From a virus (lineage: Duplodnaviria; Heunggongvirae; Uroviricota; Caudoviricetes): a DNA stretch of 64,000 nt. Shown here in pieces: positions 1-8,412 of this stretch (positions are counted from its first letter, which is position 1; each line of letters begins with the position of its first letter). The notes under the pieces are model-generated. The model had not been told where the DNA came from and searched no databases. It worked only from the letters and a program-made list of their open reading frames with translations. The position numbers and the translations under genes were made by a program. The stretch lies in IMG/VR virus record IMGVR_UViG_3300037467_000966; one strand, written 5' to 3'.

Positions 1-1
1 A

Positions 2-784
2 ACGCCTGCTCCTGCCCCAACTACTCCAGCAGTAGACCACACTGGTCACCATGACATCATGGGTAAATCTGTTGTCGTAGCCGAGCAAATGGTTGCTTTC
101 GTAAAGGCTGTTAATCCAAATTTCGATGAGGCAATTGCTCCTGCTTATTTAAAAGTAGGTGAGAAGTACGGCATCCGTGGTGATGTAGCTTTCGCACAAT
201 CCGTAATCGAAACTGGATACTTCAAATTCGATGGTGGAACTGCCGTTACTCCAGACCAGCACAACTATTGTGGCATGGGTGTAACATCTAAAGGCATGAA
301 GGGTAACTCCTTCGCTACTATCGAAGATGGTGTTACTGCTCAAATGCAGCACCTATTAGCTTATGCGTCTAAGAATGCAATCCCCTCTGGTGATGCTGTA
401 TTAGACCCACGTTTCTCTCTTGTGAGCCGCGGCGTTGCTCCACACTGGGAAGACCTTAACAATCGTTGGGCTATGAACAGCAACTATGGTCAATCCATTC
501 TTGCAGTCTATGAAAAGTTAAAGGCTACTCCAGTGCCAGCACCTAAACCAGAACCAGCTCCTGTAGTTCCTCCTGTAAAGGAAGAGCCTCCAGTAGTTGA
601 GCAGCCAGCTCCTACTCCAGTAGAGGAGACTCCAGCTGCTCCCGTTGAAGCTCCTGAGGTTGTTGCACCAGCTCCTGTTGAAGATGCTCCAAACCCAGAT
701 GAGAAAATCAACGGCGGTCTAGTAAACCGTGTGCTCCAAGCTATCCTTGATTTCTTCAAGAATATGTTTGGTAAGAAAAATTAA
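2..784 (+). CDS. Endolysin, 5' truncated by window edge; glucosaminidase (GH73-like) domain flanked by Pro-rich linkers
   Basis: Frame is open from base 2 (TPAPAPTTPAVDHTGHHDIM...). Motifs GIRGDVAFAQSVIETGYF, NYCGMG and YGQSILAVY are glucosaminidase-like; gene precedes a holin. Confidence 0.8.
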   Translation, partial: TPAPAPTTPAVDHTGHHDIMGKSVVVAEQMVAFVKAVNPNFDEAIAPAYLKVGEKYGIRGDVAFAQSVIETGYFKFDGGTAVTPDQHNYCGMGVTSKGMKGNSFATIEDGVTAQMQHLLAYASKNAIPSGDAVLDPRFSLVSRGVAPHWEDLNNRWAMNSNYGQSILAVYEKLKATPVPAPKPEPAPVVPPVKEEPPVVEQPAPTPVEETPAAPVEAPEVVAPAPVEDAPNPDEKINGGLVNRVLQAILDFFKNMFGKKN

Positions 785-788
785 TCAT

Positions 789-806
789 GGGGCTTCGGCC
801 CCTCTT
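789..806 (+). terminator. GGGGC-TTCG-GCCCC hairpin after endolysin stop
   Basis: 5-bp GC stem with UUCG tetraloop; weak U tract (TCTT). Confidence 0.5.
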
Positions 807-825
807 ATACCAAGGAGGAACTATA

Positions 826-1068
826 ATGAACCCTGTATCTATTGGAACTAAAATCAGAACTACTGCTTTATTCTTGACTCTTATCAATCAAGTATTGGCT
901 GTATTCAACATCTCTCCAATCCCATTTGACCAAGAGCAAGTAACATTAGTTGTTTCTACTGTTCTTACTGGCGCAGCTGCTATTTGGGCATGGTGGAAAA
1001 ACAACAGCTTCACTAAGGCTGCTAAGAAAGCAGACGAAGTAATGAAGCAAGAGAAAGCTAATAAGTAA
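826..1068 (+). CDS. Holin, SPP1 family
   Basis: GTKIRT..LINQVL..SP.P and two TM segments ending WAWWKNNSFTKAA; start set at ATG 826 after AAGGAGG. Confidence 0.9.
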   Translation: MNPVSIGTKIRTTALFLTLINQVLAVFNISPIPFDQEQVTLVVSTVLTGAAAIWAWWKNNSFTKAAKKADEVMKQEKANK

Positions 1069-1070
1069 TT

Positions 1071-1949
1071 ATGACTTTGGGCATTGCCTTTGCTGGAGGA
1101 GGAGCTAGAGGAGCTGCGCATCTAGGCGTTCTCCAAGCACTAGAAAAAAACGGCATCGTAGCTGATTGTTATGCAGGTACAAGTGCTGGCTCTATCATTG
1201 CAACAATGAAAGCATTAGGTAAGACCAATCAAGAGTGTCTTGACATGGCAAAAGAGGCGGGCATGTATCTGATTGATATTTCTTATTGGGATATCATGAA
1301 GAGCTTTCCTCATAAGTTTTCTACATTAGAAGGTTTGGCAAAGGGAAATGAGATGAAGAAGTACCTCAGCAAACACATAGGAGAAACATCGTTCTTGCGG
1401 AACGTAAAGAAGCCTCTCTCCATTGTCTCTACGGATATTAATACTGGTTCTCAGATTGTATTCAGCTCAATGGATTTTGAGAGAAGGGACTTACGAAGAA
1501 TTGATGATAAGATTAAAGCCTATGACCGCTACACTCCTCTTAACCTTCCAAACATTGTTTATGCTTCTAGTTCGATTCCTGGCGTATTCCAACCGATTAC
1601 ATATAACAAAATGAAGTTGGTTGATGGAAGCGTTACGAATAACATTCCTGCTGACTTAATGAAGTTAATGGGCTGCGATAAAGTTATCGCCATTAACCTG
1701 ACTCAAAGAACTCCAGCTAACAATAAAGTAAATGGCATCTTCAATATTCTTGGACAATCCGCCGTTACTATGATTGAGCAAAATGAATTCCTTTCTTTAA
1801 GCAACACAGAAAATGTCATTCTATTGAACCCAGACATGACTGACATAGGCATCTTAGATTTCGACAAAGCTATGCAGGCATACCAGGTTGGATACGAATA
1901 TGGAACGAAAATGATACCCGATATAAAAAAGAAATTGGAGAGCAATTAA
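1071..1949 (+). CDS. Patatin-like phospholipase
   Basis: GGGARG oxyanion loop, GTSAG nucleophile elbow, DGS catalytic Asp. Confidence 0.9.
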   Translation: MTLGIAFAGGGARGAAHLGVLQALEKNGIVADCYAGTSAGSIIATMKALGKTNQECLDMAKEAGMYLIDISYWDIMKSFPHKFSTLEGLAKGNEMKKYLSKHIGETSFLRNVKKPLSIVSTDINTGSQIVFSSMDFERRDLRRIDDKIKAYDRYTPLNLPNIVYASSSIPGVFQPITYNKMKLVDGSVTNNIPADLMKLMGCDKVIAINLTQRTPANNKVNGIFNILGQSAVTMIEQNEFLSLSNTENVILLNPDMTDIGILDFDKAMQAYQVGYEYGTKMIPDIKKKLESN

Positions 1950-2070
1950 GCTCTCCTTTTCCTTTGAACATTTTAGGCAATATTGGAAAACGGATACTTG
2001 TCTGCGACAAACACCTCATTCCAAAATTGTTGTAGTGCTTTAGGAACACTACCCTATTATGATATCCATG

Positions 2071-2751
2071 TTACGGATTTATATTCACACTCAATTGAAT
2101 TCTTTGCAATGCTTGAGTTGGGCTGACAGTAAAGTTTACCGTGTACATTTCAGACGGATAACCTCGCGGTGCTATGTCACGTTCAATGCTTTCCACATGA
2201 TACCCTGTAATATCTCCACGCTCCATAAAGCTCCCAAGCGTATCATTCATATGTCTTCTTAAAGCTGCTTGCGTTGCACCATCCCTTATGGTATTAAGAC
2301 CTGTCTGATAAACACTTTCTCTGATTTGTTCTACGGTATCACGAACACTTCTCATCCCATCATAGCGAACCGTTCCGTCTAGAATAGATGCTCCCGTGTG
2401 CATATGGGTAGTTGCATAGTCAGTGAAGTTTGCAACAACAGGACGGCCCCAATATGGCTTTCTCTTGTATGATATTCTTACTGTCCAGCCAGGTTCCATA
2501 AAGCCTTGCTTAGGATGAACATAAAGCTCATAGCGTTCTACAAGCTCTGGAGCAAGCTCCTTGAATTTCTCAATGACGTGCTTCCGTAGTACGCCGCTAA
2601 TAACCTCGGCGGAATAATCCTGCTCTTCACTGCCGATTGCTGACAGGGCTTCGTTCGCATTATCGGTTAGAATAACCATGATAGCATCCAACTTATCATC
2701 AGTAGAAGAATCATTTCCCTCTAGCAGGGCTTTGTATTTTTTATTACTCAC
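2071..2751 (-). CDS. Hypothetical protein with C-terminal region resembling the contractile tail sheath C-terminal domain
   Basis: LRRHMNDTLGSFMERGDITGY...YTVNFTVSPTQALQRIQLSVNI resembles sheath C-termini; pattern recognition only. Confidence 0.45.
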   Translation of the reverse strand: MSNKKYKALLEGNDSSTDDKLDAIMVILTDNANEALSAIGSEEQDYSAEVISGVLRKHVIEKFKELAPELVERYELYVHPKQGFMEPGWTVRISYKRKPYWGRPVVANFTDYATTHMHTGASILDGTVRYDGMRSVRDTVEQIRESVYQTGLNTIRDGATQAALRRHMNDTLGSFMERGDITGYHVESIERDIAPRGYPSEMYTVNFTVSPTQALQRIQLSVNINP

Positions 2752-3448
2752 GGTATAACCTTCCTTCTATACCCTCTTGCATCGCAGAGCCTAATGCCAT
2801 AACTGGTTCCTGCTGTGTGACGTTGCAGATAATCATAAGGCCCATAAAGTGCATTTCATGAACATCTGTCGTATGCATCTGTCTTGCACGGCTCCGCGCC
2901 TCTAACCAATAGGAACGATAATGCTCTCTGTCCAGACTAATCCACATTGGTCGGTCATGATACCTTGCTTGGTAGCGGTCAACTTCCATCATTATCTTTG
3001 TTAAGATATCTGGAATGGTCTGTTCAATACTTTCCCTTTGTGGATTAACTGCCCCAACGAATGGGCTGCCTGCATACCTGTAGACTTCCTCTCGGATACG
3101 CTGGTCAAGTCTTTCAGCATTTATCCTTGCATAGTCTCTTGTCGCATCTGCTACGGTATCGCTCCAATAAACATTGTTGTTTAATGTCAGTGGGCCTGTC
3201 ATAACGTCTGCATTGATTGTAAGGTCAACAGGCACGGTTACGCTATGCACAGGATTGACAGAACCTACTTCACGGATAGGCTCAACACTTCTTGTAATGT
3301 TTGCAGCTTTAATACTCTGCATCCCCATGATTTCTTTCCATGTACCGTCAGCTTTCTTCATCATAAACTTCACATCATGCGATGGCTTCTTTGCTACGGG
3401 CTTCCCTTCTTCATCCTGCAGCCGCCATAAGTTTTCTTTATTACTCAT
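2744..3448 (-). CDS. Hypothetical protein with N-terminal tail-tube-like segment
   Basis: IMGMQSI...ITRSVEPIREVGS resembles gp19-like tube motif; remainder unassigned. Confidence 0.35.
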   Translation of the reverse strand: MSNKENLWRLQDEEGKPVAKKPSHDVKFMMKKADGTWKEIMGMQSIKAANITRSVEPIREVGSVNPVHSVTVPVDLTINADVMTGPLTLNNNVYWSDTVADATRDYARINAERLDQRIREEVYRYAGSPFVGAVNPQRESIEQTIPDILTKIMMEVDRYQARYHDRPMWISLDREHYRSYWLEARSRARQMHTTDVHEMHFMGLMIICNVTQQEPVMALGSAMQEGIEGRLYRE

Positions 3449-3458
3449 ACCAACACTC

Positions 3459-3884
3459 CTATTTCATTAATGGCTGGATTAAATCTTTACCCCTGAATCC
3501 TTTTCGGTATCGGGCCTGTATAGTAGGATACTTAATGCCTGACACCTCTGACCATTCTTTAAGGCTCTTTGATACACCATCAATTTCAATCTGCATAGCT
3601 GGTCTCTTTGTGGAATGAAACTCTTCCTTTGTTCTCCACCTGCAATTCCATGGAGAAAAGTCTGCGCTTTCATCAATCAGGCAAAGCATCAATCCATCTT
3701 TAAATCCAGTGTCAGTTGCCCAAAGATAGAAGTTAACAGGGTCTTCTAACCAGATGTCACATACCTTAATGCCGCGACCACCATAGCGATGATAATTGTT
3801 GTTGTTTGGATTGTAACACTTGTTCTTCATTTGTTTCCAGATACAATAGATTCTATCCCTCTTTAAACCGTGTCTGTAATTCAT
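3459..3884 (-). CDS. HNH-type endonuclease-like protein (degenerate) with C-terminal HTH
   Basis: CYNPNN..Y..YGGRGIKVC..W and NCRW motifs; the usual IDRIDN core is replaced by LCLIDE. Confidence 0.7.
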   Translation of the reverse strand: MNYRHGLKRDRIYCIWKQMKNKCYNPNNNNYHRYGGRGIKVCDIWLEDPVNFYLWATDTGFKDGLMLCLIDESADFSPWNCRWRTKEEFHSTKRPAMQIEIDGVSKSLKEWSEVSGIKYPTIQARYRKGFRGKDLIQPLMK

Positions 3885-3898
3885 CTTGCCCTCCCTAG

Positions 3899-3923
3899 AA
3901 AAAAAGGGCTAATTGCTTAGCCC
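3899..3923 (-). terminator. Intrinsic terminator after dnaB
   Basis: GGGCTAA-GCAA-TTAGCCC followed by T7 on - strand. Confidence 0.8.
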
Positions 3924-5017
3924 GATATCATTTGATTGTAACGCACTGCACCAGCTGCAGGAACTTCCTTGAAGTATGACATCGCTGGCATAAACTCAAA
4001 GAATACTCTTCCTTTGAAACTACCAAACTTGTTTTTACCGATTTGACATTCAAACACAGGTTGCTTATCTGGAGTAGAAGGGTCTGTCCAGAAGATTTGT
4101 GATTGCTGTCCTCTTAAACCAACTTCATTATAACATAAGACGATTGCCTTGGCTTCGTAAATTATCTTTACCGATTCACGAATGTCATCCAATTTCGGAC
4201 GACGGTTCCCGTTCAGCTTACGGAACTCTGCTGTACAGATAATCGGACAGTCAAACTTAGAAGCAATACGTGATAGCTGGTCAGAGATATAATCGTACTT
4301 ACCATTTCCATCGGAACCAAAGTTTACATCGCGAACCGTAATATCATGGAAGTTATCAATCATTAAAACTATTTGATAGGCTGGGTCAATCTTCGCCAGC
4401 TCTAATGCATAACGCTCCGCTGTTGCTTCAATGTGCTCGATATCAGAACCTTCGTTTACGTCCATCATATTGATATGCATAACACTGTTCTTGAGGTTTT
4501 CAAAGCCTACCTTACGTCTATCCATAAAGTGCTTATTATCCTGATACTTCTTTGGGAAACGTACTGCGTTAATCGGAATCTTCTGGTCAATCGCAACCAG
4601 ACGCGGAAGTAATTCATTGTTACTATCATCGAGTGAGAAGTAAAGAACGAATGCTTTACGCGGATTCTGCGGCGTTGGTATCTGATTACTCTGTGCAATC
4701 TGCCATCCCATCTGCATCATGATACCTGACTTACCTACGTTGGATTGTCCTGCGAATAAGTGAACACCTGTATTCAAACCTTCAAAGGCTTTATTGAATC
4801 CTTCAAAGCCCCAGTCAAGACCACCCTGTTCGCCACGTTTCCATGAGTATTCATCTACATCATTAATTGTCTGTAGCATCTTCGTCTTGAAGAATGGATT
4901 AGTGTCACTCATTACATTGATAGGCAGTGCTGGTACTTCAATTACATTGGGTAGTGCTTCCCCTAAATCTTCGATGCCGTCCATGGTTAGCATCTGTTCT
5001 AAGCTAAACTCTGACAT
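3917..5017 (-). CDS. dnaB: Replicative DNA helicase, DnaB family (SF4)
   Basis: Walker A AGQSNVGKS, LMIDNFH, DDIRESVKIIYEA, IGKNKFG. Confidence 0.9.
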   Translation of the reverse strand: MSEFSLEQMLTMDGIEDLGEALPNVIEVPALPINVMSDTNPFFKTKMLQTINDVDEYSWKRGEQGGLDWGFEGFNKAFEGLNTGVHLFAGQSNVGKSGIMMQMGWQIAQSNQIPTPQNPRKAFVLYFSLDDSNNELLPRLVAIDQKIPINAVRFPKKYQDNKHFMDRRKVGFENLKNSVMHINMMDVNEGSDIEHIEATAERYALELAKIDPAYQIVLMIDNFHDITVRDVNFGSDGNGKYDYISDQLSRIASKFDCPIICTAEFRKLNGNRRPKLDDIRESVKIIYEAKAIVLCYNEVGLRGQQSQIFWTDPSTPDKQPVFECQIGKNKFGSFKGRVFFEFMPAMSYFKEVPAAGAVRYNQMISG

Positions 5018-5064
5018 TACAGTTTCCCCCTGTTTCCTTTTCCTCTTCCTTTGCCTGTTGCCTA

Positions 5065-5256
5065 TTACTGCTCTTGCAGTTCAGCCGCCATCTTATCGAA
5101 GATGTCATGCATATCTTTCTTTATGCGTTGGAACGATTTGTCTGTTGGACAAACCTTCTCAAACTCCTTTAGGATTTCTCCCTTGCCTGTGTCGAGGACA
5201 GCCTTTAGCTTGTCCTCTTTGCGACTGATTTCGAATGCAACAACACGTTTACTCAT
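5065..5256 (-). CDS. Hypothetical protein
   Basis: ORF with GGGGGAG RBS, co-directional. Confidence 0.6.
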   Translation of the reverse strand: MSKRVVAFEISRKEDKLKAVLDTGKGEILKEFEKVCPTDKSFQRIKKDMHDIFDKMAAELQEQ

Positions 5257-5267
5257 CGTTTCTCCCC

Positions 5268-6299
5268 CTACCTCTGTTTAGGCTTTCTATATAATGGACA
5301 TTTCTCTTTCACACAGGTTGCTAATGATTCGAGTGTCGAGCAACCATACTCATAATTGTTATTGTATACGCTTTGCATGGTATTTTTCAATTCCCATTCT
5401 GGCATAGAATCGTTATTCCACTTGACCAAGTTCTCCCATACGCCTTGTTCAGTGTTGCCTTGCTTCTTCCAGAATGATGTAAGTACTGCCGCCGTATTAT
5501 TTCTTAAGCCTTTCTGCGGCCCAACGTCAATTAATTCCTGAATACAATGTGGCGTGAATGTTAATGGCTTTGATTCAAACTTCTTCGAGTTATCAAACTT
5601 CTTGCCATAACGATTTGCCCACTTCTCAATGTTGCTAATATACTCCTGCTTGGCTCTTGTGATTTCATAAGGAGCATCATACTGAATGGCTCTTGGGCCT
5701 TTGGCAAGCTCCTTAATCTCTTCGTGAGACATCATCACCAATTCAAAGTAGGTGAGCGGTATCTTGTAAAGCAACGTGTCTGCGTGACGGCTATTAGCCA
5801 TGCGAAACAAACGGCGGCGGTCATATATCTTTAAGTCTAATGTGCCGTGTGTGACATGTTCTGAAATACCAGTAGCCATTGTCTTATAGTATTCATTCAG
5901 ATGCTTGTCTGGCTCTGCTCCGAATACAGTGGCAGGAACAACAAGATGGAGTCCTTTCTTTCCACTGAAGTAAATACGAATGAAGGCTTCAGGTATGTTA
6001 TAAGTAAACGACTGCTTTAAGTATGTGATAGCGGCAATTGCGTCCTCACGAGCCTTCTCGAAATTATCTTCTGCATCAAAGTCCAGATAAAAATCTGCGT
6101 ACAGGTTTGCTTCCTTCACATCTAGGCTATCATAGATGTAGGCAGTTAGGTAGATGCCTGTGTTGTCATTCTTTTTGCGATATTCCTGTACCTGGTCTAT
6201 CGTCATGTACTCATTGCGGGTGAACTTCCCACCAGGGAGGTTTCTCCCTCCTTCGATATAAATAAACTTACTTGCTTGTTCTTGGGATAACACGGTCAA
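5268..6299 (-). CDS. Archaeo-eukaryotic-type primase/polymerase with PriCT-like C-terminus
   Basis: Motif I LDFD, motif II FSGKKGLH, motif III IYD...FR; C-terminal GLRNN and Cys cluster. Confidence 0.85.
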   Translation of the reverse strand: MTVLSQEQASKFIYIEGGRNLPGGKFTRNEYMTIDQVQEYRKKNDNTGIYLTAYIYDSLDVKEANLYADFYLDFDAEDNFEKAREDAIAAITYLKQSFTYNIPEAFIRIYFSGKKGLHLVVPATVFGAEPDKHLNEYYKTMATGISEHVTHGTLDLKIYDRRRLFRMANSRHADTLLYKIPLTYFELVMMSHEEIKELAKGPRAIQYDAPYEITRAKQEYISNIEKWANRYGKKFDNSKKFESKPLTFTPHCIQELIDVGPQKGLRNNTAAVLTSFWKKQGNTEQGVWENLVKWNNDSMPEWELKNTMQSVYNNNYEYGCSTLESLATCVKEKCPLYRKPKQR

Positions 6300-6987
6300 G
6301 TCCCTCCATATAAGCTGAATTTTTTCTGTCTTCTAATACCGCGATAGCATCCTCTGCATAATCACGAATGTCAAACGGAGTAGTTGGTATTGGCTTTCCT
6401 ACATCTTCACACGTCGCTCTTGCTTCATTAATCATATAAAGCACTGTATCAATGTCATAAGACTTGAGCATGTGTTTGAATGCACCCATGTCTCTGTCTC
6501 TGAAATCCGCATCAATATCCATGACTTTATAAAAGTAATCCACTAGGTCGGATAATGTAAAGACCTCTTTCATTTCCAAATAAAATTCTTCATCTTCATA
6601 AGAAGAATAGAATGTTCCATCATCCCGTTGCATGATAGTTGGTGGCGGCGGAGCAACCTGTAAAGCAGGGTGATAATAAAACTTTCCTGGCTCTAGTAAG
6701 TTATTAGGGTCGCGCTTGATTTCTTTCTTGTCCGCTTTCACTTTGAAGTAAGACAGAATATCATCAATCATATATGCCTCTTGTGGTGAAGGGTGAATCG
6801 CCTTATAACGATTCATAAGGGTTTCAATTTCTTTAACACTTGTACCGCCAGCTAATAGCTGCTCGATGTTCTTCATGACATTAATCTTATAAGCCTCTGG
6901 TGCCTGTACCTTTCCATTCGAATCTTTCCCGAAGCCTTTGATTTCACTGAAGAATTTAATGCTTAGTCTGATTGCATCATTAATCAT
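6268..6987 (-). CDS. Hypothetical replication protein (possible DnaD-like domain)
   Basis: In operon between sak and primase; LVDYFY...MLKSYDIDTVLYMI helical pattern. Confidence 0.4.
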   Translation of the reverse strand: MINDAIRLSIKFFSEIKGFGKDSNGKVQAPEAYKINVMKNIEQLLAGGTSVKEIETLMNRYKAIHPSPQEAYMIDDILSYFKVKADKKEIKRDPNNLLEPGKFYYHPALQVAPPPPTIMQRDDGTFYSSYEDEEFYLEMKEVFTLSDLVDYFYKVMDIDADFRDRDMGAFKHMLKSYDIDTVLYMINEARATCEDVGKPIPTTPFDIRDYAEDAIAVLEDRKNSAYMEGLDRVIPRTSK

Positions 6988-7024
6988 GCTTAGCCAACTC
7001 CTTTACCTTTTCCTTATATAATAT

Positions 7025-7048
7025 AAAAGAGGGCTTGCGCCCCCTCTC
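7025..7048 (-). terminator. Intrinsic terminator after sak
   Basis: GC-rich stem with GCAA loop then TTTT. Confidence 0.6.
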
Positions 7049-7049
7049 A

Positions 7050-7916
7050 TTAAATCGTTTCTGCTTTCTTACCTAAGAAGATATTGAAAGCCTTAATGTT
7101 TTGTGGGTTAATGTTCTGCCAGTGAACATCCTTGTTATCGAAGAACTCACGAACATATGGATTCAACTGCTCGTTGTTTGACATACCCAAGATTTGTTTT
7201 AACTCTTTCAAGCGATTGATATCGTCTGGCTGCCATCCACCAGCAGGAGCTGAAGCTGTTTGTGCTTGACCTTGTGACTCCTGTTTAGCAGGTGGGGTCT
7301 GTGGCTGTGCAGGTGGCGCTTGGTACTCTTGCTTAGGTGGTGCTTGGTATGTTTGCTTAGGCTCTTGATAAACCTGCTTAGCTGGTTGCTGTGCTGGTTG
7401 TTGTTCCTCATCACCAAAGCCCTCATCATCACCATATAACTCTAAGCCAATACCGAACAAGGAAGCGCATTTCTTTAATGCATCTGTAGAAGCAGATTTG
7501 AATGCTGACTCCTGTTCAGTTGCTCCACCGATAAGAACCTTTGAACCATACTGCTCTTTAACACCAAGACCAGGAACTGTTAAGCGTCCAAGTACTTTTG
7601 CTACTGGCGGCTGTGCTTCCATTCTCTGTGAACCATCTTGATTTAATACGGGTTTACGATTCTTTCCCCATCCATCCCACATTGGCTTTGGTTGAGATTC
7701 CTTTACTTCTTCAGTAACAATCTCAAATGACCATTGTAATCCGAATGCTTTATTCAATAAACGAATAACAGTGTGACCACCGATATATGATAAAGTCGCT
7801 CCGCCTTGTTGACGTTGCTTAATCCATTGTGGATTTAACTTCGCATCAATTACTTCCTTTGCTTTCTCTACATCGAAATCTGCTTTCATTCCAAATACAT
7901 CTAAACCGTTTGACAT
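7050..7916 (-). CDS. sak: Sak/Rad52-family single-strand annealing protein
   Basis: IKQR..G..LSYI.GH.VI..LN..FG..WSFEI and AFKSASTDALKKCASLFGIGLELY; Q/P-rich linker. Confidence 0.9.
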   Translation of the reverse strand: MSNGLDVFGMKADFDVEKAKEVIDAKLNPQWIKQRQQGGATLSYIGGHTVIRLLNKAFGLQWSFEIVTEEVKESQPKPMWDGWGKNRKPVLNQDGSQRMEAQPPVAKVLGRLTVPGLGVKEQYGSKVLIGGATEQESAFKSASTDALKKCASLFGIGLELYGDDEGFGDEEQQPAQQPAKQVYQEPKQTYQAPPKQEYQAPPAQPQTPPAKQESQGQAQTASAPAGGWQPDDINRLKELKQILGMSNNEQLNPYVREFFDNKDVHWQNINPQNIKAFNIFLGKKAETI

Positions 7917-7949
7917 TAATATTTCCTCCTCTTGATTAACCTATAATTT

Positions 7950-7979
7950 ATTATATCATAAAGTTATGACATTTGTAAA
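7950..7979 (-). promoter_or_regulatory. Sigma-A promoter of replication operon with palindromic operator TCATAA-N2-TTATGA in spacer
   Basis: TTTACA-18-TG.TATAAT on - strand; inverted repeat within spacer. Confidence 0.75.
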
Positions 7980-7989
7980 CATCATTACT

Positions 7990-8073
7990 TTATTTCCTAA
8001 TGAAAAAATCAAAGACGATAAAGCCGACTGATAGAACTGCAACAAACATCAGCGGCAGCATTGTAATATCCAC
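7990..8073 (-). CDS. 27-aa single-TM peptide (not in ORF track)
   Basis: GTG start after AAGGA; MDITMLPLMFVAVLSVGFIVFDFFIRK. Confidence 0.4.
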   Translation of the reverse strand: MDITMLPLMFVAVLSVGFIVFDFFIRK

Positions 8074-8075
8074 TA

Positions 8076-8231
8076 TTAATCTTCCTTCTTCTCATACTTC
8101 TTTAGCAAATCTTCAACCGCTTCCTCGAATAGGCGGGACTGCGGAATTCTTGTCTCATCAGAAATCTTCGCAATGGAATCCTTAAGATTCTCTGGAAGAT
8201 ATGTTGTGAAGCGAACTTTCTGCATCTCCAT
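8076..8231 (-). CDS. Ribbon-helix-helix DNA-binding protein, 51 aa (not in ORF track)
   Basis: GGAGGT RBS; MEMQKVRFTTYLPENLKDSIAKISDETRIPQSRLFEEAVEDLLKKY is a typical beta-strand plus two helices RHH pattern. Confidence 0.8.
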   Translation of the reverse strand: MEMQKVRFTTYLPENLKDSIAKISDETRIPQSRLFEEAVEDLLKKYEKKED

Positions 8232-8257
8232 TTCCCTTACCTCCTTTATTTATATAT

Positions 8258-8286
8258 ATCATAACATATCATAACATGTTTGTAAA
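8258..8286 (-). promoter_or_regulatory. Sigma-A promoter of RHH gene with tandem TTATGATAT repeats
   Basis: TTTACA-17-TATGAT; direct repeat ATATCATAAC x2 overlaps spacer and -10. Confidence 0.7.
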
Positions 8287-8320
8287 CTAAAAAGATTATT
8301 CAGATAATCGTAAAAATCCA

Positions 8321-8349
8321 TTGACAGAAAGCTCCAAACTGGTTCTGAT
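8321..8349 (+). promoter_or_regulatory. Sigma-A-like promoter for phoH arm
   Basis: TTGACA-17-TCTGAT; weak -10. Confidence 0.5.
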
Positions 8350-8412
8350 GTAACCAAGAGGTAGTCAAACTATCTCCGAGGGTTAATAGAACACCTACCA
8401 GGGGGAGTCACA

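Noticed and set aside
1071-1949. CBASS operon with patatin effector
   Set aside because: No CD-NTase, Cap2/3 or other accessory gene adjacent; neighbours are holin and endolysin.
1950-2070. Protein-like reading frame VPKALQQFWNEVFVADKYPFSNIA on - strand
   Set aside because: Preceded by in-frame stops with no start codon or RBS.
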